Below, piece by piece: positions 58,167-64,000 of a DNA stretch of 64,000 bases (position 1 is its first letter; each line of letters begins with the position of its first letter). The position numbers were made by a program, and so were the translations under genes. Source of the DNA: Vulcanimicrobiota bacterium (GTDB taxonomy: Bacteria > Vulcanimicrobiota > Vulcanimicrobiia > Vulcanimicrobiales > Vulcanimicrobiaceae); NCBI GenBank assembly GCA_963791645.1, contig CAWBTJ010000050.1:3277-67276 (forward strand), written 5' to 3'. A model generated the notes under the pieces. The model made no database searches, was not told the DNA's origin, and saw nothing but the letters and a program-made list of their open reading frames with translations.

Positions 58167-58702
58167 GCGATGCGGGCTACGTGCGCCGTGCTCGGCGCGT
58201 CGTGTACGAGAACGCGTGGCTGCGGTTCGAAGCGCACGACATCGTGCATCCGAACGGCACGCCCGGCGTGCACGGCGTCGTCGTGACGCCGCGCGCCAGC
58301 GCGGTCGTGCTCGTCGACGGCGACGACGTGCTGCTCGCCCGCCAAGCGCGCTTCGCCGTCGACCGCATCGTGCTCGAAGTGATCAAAGGCGGCCGCCACG
58401 ACGGCGAGGACGGGCTCGCGTGCGCGCAGCGCGAGTCGCGCGAAGAAGCGGGCGTCGTCGCGGCGCGATGGCACGCGCTGGGCGAGACGTATGAGATCCC
58501 GTCGATCGTGCAGGAGCCGGTGTCGCTGTACCTCGGCACCGGTTTGACGTCGGCGCCGCTCGCGCCGGAAGCCGTCGAACGCATCGACGTCGTCCGCATG
58601 CGCTTCGCCGAAGCGCTCGACGCATGCGCGGACGGGCGCATCGACGACGCCGTCACGGCGGTCGCGCTGCTGCGGGCGCGGCGCGTTCTCCCCCAGCGCT
58701 GA
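58163..58702 (+). CDS. NUDIX hydrolase (ADP-ribose pyrophosphatase-like)
   Basis: VYENAWL; GGRHDGEDGLACAQRESREEAG Nudix box. Confidence 0.88.
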   Translation: MSDAGYVRRARRVVYENAWLRFEAHDIVHPNGTPGVHGVVVTPRASAVVLVDGDDVLLARQARFAVDRIVLEVIKGGRHDGEDGLACAQRESREEAGVVAARWHALGETYEIPSIVQEPVSLYLGTGLTSAPLAPEAVERIDVVRMRFAEALDACADGRIDDAVTAVALLRARRVLPQR

Positions 58703-58709
58703 GCTCGGT

Positions 58710-59342
58710 TCAGGACCGCACGAGGAACCCCGCGATCGCGACGAACTGCGTCGCCGCGCCTGCCAGCACGAAGAGATGGAAGATCTCGTGGAAACCGAAG
58801 CGGCGCGGCAGCAGGTCGAGCTTGCGCGTCGCGTAGACGACCGCGCCGAGCGTGTAGAGCAGGCCGCCCAGCGTGATGAGCAGCGTGACGACGTGCGGCA
58901 AGATCGGCACGAGCTTGAACGCCGGGATGACCGCGAACCAGCCCATCGCGATGTAGACAAGCGCGGAGAGCCAGCGCGGCGCGTGCACGAACCAGACCGT
59001 CAGCATCACGCCGGCGAGCGCGACGCCCCAGATCGCAGCGAGCGTCGCGATGCGCCACGCGCCGCCGAGCCCGACGAACAGCACCGGCGTGTACGAGCCG
59101 GCGATCAGCACGTAGATCGCCGCATGGTCGACCTTTCGCAGCACCGTGGTCCGCGCCTCGGTCACCGGGAGGCCGTGGTACAGCGAGCTCGCGCCGAACA
59201 GGACGCAGAGGCTCGCGCCGTACACGAGCATCGCCGCGAGCACCGGCAGATCGCCGTGGAAGCGGATCGTGAGATACACGACGCCCGCGACCGCGGCGAG
59301 CAGTCCCGCGAAGGAGATCCGCGCGTCGACCGGCTCTTTCAC
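58710..59342 (-). CDS. hemolysin III/PAQR family membrane protein (TrhA-like)
   Basis: ASSLYH, DHAAIYVLIAGSYTP, YIAMGW, FGFHEIFHLFV. Confidence 0.92.
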   Translation of the reverse strand: MKEPVDARISFAGLLAAVAGVVYLTIRFHGDLPVLAAMLVYGASLCVLFGASSLYHGLPVTEARTTVLRKVDHAAIYVLIAGSYTPVLFVGLGGAWRIATLAAIWGVALAGVMLTVWFVHAPRWLSALVYIAMGWFAVIPAFKLVPILPHVVTLLITLGGLLYTLGAVVYATRKLDLLPRRFGFHEIFHLFVLAGAATQFVAIAGFLVRS

Positions 59343-59806
59343 CGAAGCGTCTTCGACATTTGCGCGCGCTCGATCCCGACGCCGAACCGCGTGACCGTCT
59401 CACGCTCGTCGACGTTCCAACCCTGCTTCCGAAAGAACGACTCCGCGAACCGGCTCGCGGCGGTCGTCAGATGGTCAAGACCACGTTCGCGTGCGAGCCC
59501 CTCCGCGGCGGCGTAGAGCAGTGCCGCGATGCCGTGCCCCGCGGCTTCCGGCGCGCAGTAGAGCATGTCGACATGACCGTCCGCCTCGAGCTCGATCCAC
59601 GCGACCGGGACGTCATCGTCGCGCACTGCGACGAACGTCTCGTTCTCGCGCATGCGCGCGCCCCACGACGCGGCGTCGGGCACGTCGTGCGCCCATGCGC
59701 GCACTTGCGCGTCGTCATACTTCGCGGGACCGACGTCGCGCACGGATCGAAAGAAGATCTCGCACAACGCCGCGGCATCGCCTTCGCGATACCGCCGCAC
59801 GGTCAC
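59339..59806 (-). CDS. GNAT acetyltransferase (YafP-like)
   Basis: YDDAQVRAWA, DGHVDMLY, GHGIA, ASRFAESFF. Confidence 0.85.
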   Translation of the reverse strand: MTVRRYREGDAAALCEIFFRSVRDVGPAKYDDAQVRAWAHDVPDAASWGARMRENETFVAVRDDDVPVAWIELEADGHVDMLYCAPEAAGHGIAALLYAAAEGLARERGLDHLTTAASRFAESFFRKQGWNVDERETVTRFGVGIERAQMSKTLR

Positions 59807-60429
59807 GCGTCCGGCGGCGCGGTTTTCGCGTTCCACAGGTGCTCGGGTTGCTCGAGCGCGTGGTTGATCCAGCGCGACCAGACGAACAGCGCATCGGACA
59901 GCCGGTTCACATAGCGCACGACATCCGGCGAGAGGGATTCGGACTCGCCGAGCGTGATCAGCAGCCGCTCCGCGCGGCGGCACACCGTGCGCGCCTGGTG
60001 CAAGAACGCGCCCGGATACGAGCCGCCGGGGAGGATGAAGTTCGCGAGCGGTTCGAGGTCCTGCTGCGCGCGGTCGATCGCGCGCTCGAGCGCCGTCGCG
60101 TCGCCGGGCGCGATGAGAGGCATGCCGTCCCAGCGGTCTTTCGGCAGCGTCGCCAAGTCGCTGCCGAGGTTGAACAGCGCATCCTGCGTCCACGCGAGCC
60201 ACGCGTCGAGCTCGCGCGCGACCGCGTGCGCACGATGAATGTCTTGCACCGGGCGCGTGCGCAGCACGTCGCCCAGCGCGGTTCGCGCGAGCCCGATCAC
60301 CGACGACAGCTCGTCGACCGTGCCGTACGCCTCGATCCGCTGCGCGTTCTTGCGAACGCGCTGCCCGCCGACGAGCCCGGTGGTCCCGTCGTCCCCCGTT
60401 CGCGTGTAGATTCGCGTCAGCTTCGGCAC
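59803..60429 (-). CDS. PduO-type cob(I)alamin adenosyltransferase
   Basis: IYTRTGDDGTTGL, YGTVDEL, FILPGG, RTVCRRAER, NRLSD. Confidence 0.94.
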   Translation of the reverse strand: MPKLTRIYTRTGDDGTTGLVGGQRVRKNAQRIEAYGTVDELSSVIGLARTALGDVLRTRPVQDIHRAHAVARELDAWLAWTQDALFNLGSDLATLPKDRWDGMPLIAPGDATALERAIDRAQQDLEPLANFILPGGSYPGAFLHQARTVCRRAERLLITLGESESLSPDVVRYVNRLSDALFVWSRWINHALEQPEHLWNAKTAPPDA

Positions 60430-60536
60430 CCGGCAGGCTTCGAACGCCGCAGGCCGCCCCCTCCGCGAGAGGCACGGCGACCTTGCGTGGGGTAAATCGC
60501 CGCCAGTGACGGTCGTATAGGTCAGCGAGGTAGCCA

Positions 60537-62330
60537 ATGAGTGAGGAATCTCAAAGACGGCTTAGCCCGCTCGCGCGTGTCGCGGTGCTCTTGCTCGTCG
60601 CGTGGTCGGTGTTCATCAACCTCTCGGACGTCGCGCGCATCTTCGTTCCGCTTGCGTCACTCGGGTTTTCCGCGGACAACGACGGTCGCGTGACCGAAGT
60701 CTTGTCGCCGCCTGCGCTCGGAAAGCTACAGGAAGGCGACCACATCGATCTTAGCGAGAACTGCCGGCGGGGGCTCGATTCGAAGAAATGCGCCGACGTG
60801 CTCGCCGTCGTCGGCGGTTTGGCCGGCAGCGAGTATCTGGCGTCGTGGCACGCGCCGGTGGATCTGACCGCCGTTCGGGACGGCCGGCAATTCAACGTGA
60901 GCCTCGCTCCGCAAATCAGGCCGTTGACGGGCACCGCATGGCTGTTTCTCATCGTGGACGAGGCGCTTACGTTGATTTTCATCTTCGTCGCCACGGCCAT
61001 GGTGTGGCAGTTGCCGAACTCGATGACGTGGGGCTTTTTTGCGTACGCGCTCTGGTTCAACCCGGGTCAAGTCTACTTCACCTACGCCTTGCTGCAGATG
61101 GCGCCGGCGTGGATGCTCGTGGAAGAGGTCCTGCAATCCGCCGCTTTGGCGGTAGGGTACGCCGGCTTTCTGTGGTTCGTCTTACGGTTTCCCGAAAACA
61201 TTCCGGAGCCGCGCTGGCGAACGGTGGAGCGAGCGATCCCGCTCGTCGCGATCATCTTCTTCGCCGTCCAGCTGTGGGCGTACCTCAACGCCTTCGGAGT
61301 GCCTACGCAAGCCGTGGTGATAGCCCTGTCGATCATGGGGTTTTTCTACGACGCGTGCGTCCTCCGCGTGCTCTACCTTAGGATGCGGTCACAGCAACCG
61401 TTGGACCGCCAACGGCTGCGGTGGGTATTTTGGGGAGCCGCGATCGGGCTGCCGCCGTTCCTGGTCGCAGAGTTCATCGCCGTCAGCGGGTCCTCGAAAC
61501 TCGAGGGCGTCGTGTACATCCTGAACGCGTGCAGCGCGGTGCTCCCGATCGCGATCTATCATGTTGTGCGCCGGTATCGCGTAATGGACGTCAGCTTCGT
61601 CTTCACGCGGCGCATCACGCTATTCCTCACGTGGGTCGTCTTCGGCGTATTCTTCGCCGTGGTCGCCGAGCTGACGACGCCGCGTCTTCATGCGCTCGGC
61701 GTATCACTCGTCGCGACGGGGGCCGTGGTCGTCATGTCGCTCTTGTTCGAGTCGCTGCACGAGCTGATAAATTCGGTCGCCGACCGGTTTTTGTTCAAGA
61801 GCTTCCACGGTGCCAGACGCGCGTTCGAAAGCGAGTCCGAAAAATTCAAGTCGGCAGAGGATTTCGACGAGATAAGCCGCGTCATCACGGAGGTTCCGCT
61901 CCAACGGCTCCATCTCGTATCGGCGGCGGTGTTCATCACCGACAGCGCGGGCGGCACGAAAACCTTCGTCCGGCGCAAGGAGGTCGGGTGGGACAACCGC
62001 TCGACTCGAACTCTCGACCAAAGTGATCCGATCATCGAGCAGGCGCTCAACTCGCGCAGGCGCCTGCGGATACGGAGCAGACCCGCCACTTCGCTCGTTC
62101 CAACAGACGATGGCGTCCCGGTGGTAGGTATACCGCTGCTTGACAACGGCGCGGTCGCCGGCATCGCGCTGTTCAGCGGTCACGACAACGGAGCCCTCAT
62201 CAACGACGAGGAGCTGGCGATTTTGGCGAGATTCGTCGGCGCCGCCGCCGACGCGTACGGCCGGTTCGCGCGCCGAGTGCTGGAGGCCGACGTCGCAGCT
62301 TTGCGAGCACAGCTCGCTGAGATTTCTTGA
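60537..62330 (+). CDS. multi-pass membrane protein with extracytoplasmic PDZ-like segment and C-terminal GAF-like domain
   Basis: TM, then LQEGDHID...VDLTAVRDG, about 9 hydrophobic helices, RQRLRWV, VGIPLLDNGAVAGIALF...EELAIL. Confidence 0.65.
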   Translation: MSEESQRRLSPLARVAVLLLVAWSVFINLSDVARIFVPLASLGFSADNDGRVTEVLSPPALGKLQEGDHIDLSENCRRGLDSKKCADVLAVVGGLAGSEYLASWHAPVDLTAVRDGRQFNVSLAPQIRPLTGTAWLFLIVDEALTLIFIFVATAMVWQLPNSMTWGFFAYALWFNPGQVYFTYALLQMAPAWMLVEEVLQSAALAVGYAGFLWFVLRFPENIPEPRWRTVERAIPLVAIIFFAVQLWAYLNAFGVPTQAVVIALSIMGFFYDACVLRVLYLRMRSQQPLDRQRLRWVFWGAAIGLPPFLVAEFIAVSGSSKLEGVVYILNACSAVLPIAIYHVVRRYRVMDVSFVFTRRITLFLTWVVFGVFFAVVAELTTPRLHALGVSLVATGAVVVMSLLFESLHELINSVADRFLFKSFHGARRAFESESEKFKSAEDFDEISRVITEVPLQRLHLVSAAVFITDSAGGTKTFVRRKEVGWDNRSTRTLDQSDPIIEQALNSRRRLRIRSRPATSLVPTDDGVPVVGIPLLDNGAVAGIALFSGHDNGALINDEELAILARFVGAAADAYGRFARRVLEADVAALRAQLAEIS

Positions 62331-62375
62331 CGAACAGGATGGTCTCCGAGGGGCGCGAACCCCGGCCGGTTGGTC

Positions 62376-63809
62376 ATGGAACGCATCCCGAGCAAAAGCG
62401 CCGATCTTTCGGAGTGGTATCAAGCCGTCTGCTACCGGGCGGAATTGGTGTCGCAGGCCCCCGTGCGCGGCTGCCTCGTGCTGCGGCCGTACGGGATGGG
62501 GCTGTGGGAGCGGCTTCAGGCCGAGCTGGACCGGCGCTTCAAAGACACGGGCCATGAGAACGCCTATTTTCCGCTGCTGATCCCGGAATCGCTCTTCAGC
62601 AAGGAGGCCGAGCACATCGAGGGCTTCACGCCCGAGGTCGCGTGGGTCACGCAAGGCGGCAACGAAAAGCTCACCGAGCGGCTCGCGATCCGGCCGACGT
62701 CCGAGGTGATCGTGGGCGTGATGTATGCCGAGTGGATCCAGTCGTACCGCGATCTGCCCGTGCTGATCAACCAATGGGTCAACGTGATGCGCTGGGAGAA
62801 GCGCACGCGCCCGTTCCTGCGCACGGCGGAGTTTCTGTGGCAAGAAGGCCACACCGCGCACGCGACCGAGACCGAAGCCGCCGAAGAGGTCGCGCGCATG
62901 CTCGAAGTCTATCGCGAGGTCGCCGAAGACGTGTGCGCGGTGCCCGTCTACAAAGGCGAGAAGTCGTCGACCGAACGCTTCGCGGGCGCCAACCACACGT
63001 ATTCGATCGAAGCGCTGATGCCCGACGGGCGCGCGCTGCAGTCGGCGACGTCGCACGAGTTGGGCCAGAACTTCGCGAAAGCCTACGACATCACGTTCGC
63101 GGCTGAAGATCAGACGCAGCAGTTCTGCTGGACGACGTCGTGGGGGATGTCGTGGCGCATGCTCGGCGCGCTCATCATGCAGCACGGCGACGACCGCGGC
63201 TTGCGCATCCCGCCGAAGATGGCACCGACCGAAGTGGTGATCGTACCGATCCCGCGCGGCGACACCGCGCGGCTCGACGCGGCCGCGCGCGATCTGTACG
63301 CGCAGTGCAAAGCGGCGGGGCTGCGCGTGAAGCTCGACGACAAGCCGGGCCAGTCGCCGGGCTACAAGTTCAACGAGTGGGACATGCGCGGCGTGCCGAT
63401 TCGCTTGGAGCTGGGCAACCGCGATCTCGACGCCGGCGTCGCGACGCTCGTGCGCCGCGACAAAGCGGTCAAAGAAGAAGGCCAGAAGCAGCAGGTCCCG
63501 CTGGGCGACGTCGTCGCGTTCATCCCGACGGTGCTCGAGCAGATCCAGCACAACTTGTTCGCGCAAGCGAAGACATACGTGCAGGACCACACGCTCGCGA
63601 CGCTCGACCGCGACGAGTTCATCCGGCTGCTCGAAGAGCGCGCCGGGATGGTCGACGTGCCGTGGTGCGGGCGGCCGGAGTGCGAGGCGGCGGTGAAGGA
63701 CGCGGCGCGCGCCACGACGCGCAACCTGCGCGAGCCCGCCCGCGCCGCGACGTGCGTGCCGTGCGGCGAGCCGGCCCGGTACCAAGCCTATTTCGCGCAG
63801 AGCTATTAG
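62376..63809 (+). CDS. proS: proline--tRNA ligase, archaeal/eukaryotic type
   Basis: RPTSE, RWEKRTRPFLRTAEFLWQEGHTAH, SHELGQNF, C-terminal FAQSY. Confidence 0.97.
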   Translation: MERIPSKSADLSEWYQAVCYRAELVSQAPVRGCLVLRPYGMGLWERLQAELDRRFKDTGHENAYFPLLIPESLFSKEAEHIEGFTPEVAWVTQGGNEKLTERLAIRPTSEVIVGVMYAEWIQSYRDLPVLINQWVNVMRWEKRTRPFLRTAEFLWQEGHTAHATETEAAEEVARMLEVYREVAEDVCAVPVYKGEKSSTERFAGANHTYSIEALMPDGRALQSATSHELGQNFAKAYDITFAAEDQTQQFCWTTSWGMSWRMLGALIMQHGDDRGLRIPPKMAPTEVVIVPIPRGDTARLDAAARDLYAQCKAAGLRVKLDDKPGQSPGYKFNEWDMRGVPIRLELGNRDLDAGVATLVRRDKAVKEEGQKQQVPLGDVVAFIPTVLEQIQHNLFAQAKTYVQDHTLATLDRDEFIRLLEERAGMVDVPWCGRPECEAAVKDAARATTRNLREPARAATCVPCGEPARYQAYFAQSY

Positions 63810-63828
63810 CGCGCTCCTTGCGTGCGTC

Positions 63829-64000
63829 ATGCTCGTGCGGGCCGGCGCTGTGCGGGCGGACGATGCGCGCGTGCTCCAGCGCAGCTCCGGGAGCGACGTC
63901 GCCACAGCGCGCCGGATCGCCGCCGCGCTGCTGGCGCATCCACTGCCGGCCCAATTGCTGCGCGTGCGCTGCGAGCGCGTCGGGCGGCACGTCGACTGCG
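63829..64000 (+). CDS. partial hypothetical protein running off the window
   Basis: Open frame from ATG 63829 to the end; start uncertain. Confidence 0.3.
   Translation, partial: MLVRAGAVRADDARVLQRSSGSDVATARRIAAALLAHPLPAQLLRVRCERVGRHVDC

Overview
GC-rich bacterial chromosome segment with four blocks. (1) 1-24.5 kb: a flagellar cluster (flgBC-fliE, an inserted Ser/Thr kinase, flgFG with a ~1.06 kb tandem duplication, flgAHIJMNKL, fliW-csrA-fliC, three glycosyltransferase-like genes, flaG-fliD-fliS-fliT-like). (2) 24.5-38 kb: an ExeA-like ATPase/DUF11-like pair and a CDP-sugar biosynthesis and tailoring island (rfbF, GT2, rfbG, rfbC-like, C-methyltransferase, DegT aminotransferase, CmcI-like, GNAT, WbqC, PhyH-like dioxygenase, methyltransferase). 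(3) 38-46 kb: the conserved rpsB-tsf-pyrH-frr-uppS-cdsA-dxr-rseP-ispG run. (4) 46-64 kb: accessory genes (PaoABC-like molybdoenzyme, two free TonB C-terminal domains, ComB, soluble LytS/LytT, degenerate class I aldolase, permease, TMEM175, NUDIX, PAQR, GNAT, PduO, a membrane GAF protein) ending at proS. FlgH/FlgI plus FliW/CsrA, a short EF-Ts and archaeal-type ProRS suggest a diderm Terrabacterium, possibly Vulcanimicrobiota/Eremiobacterota (inference only). The most notable signals are eight sigma28-like promoters read from the sequence, which tie the CDP-sugar island to the flagellar regulon (probable flagellar glycosylation system, partly leaderless, with interleaved opposite-strand operons); two paralogous structured RNA elements upstream of flgB; and a three-copy covarying hairpin repeat behind fliC. 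Scattered single-base frameshifts look like long-read consensus errors. All calls come from reading motifs by eye; no searches were run.
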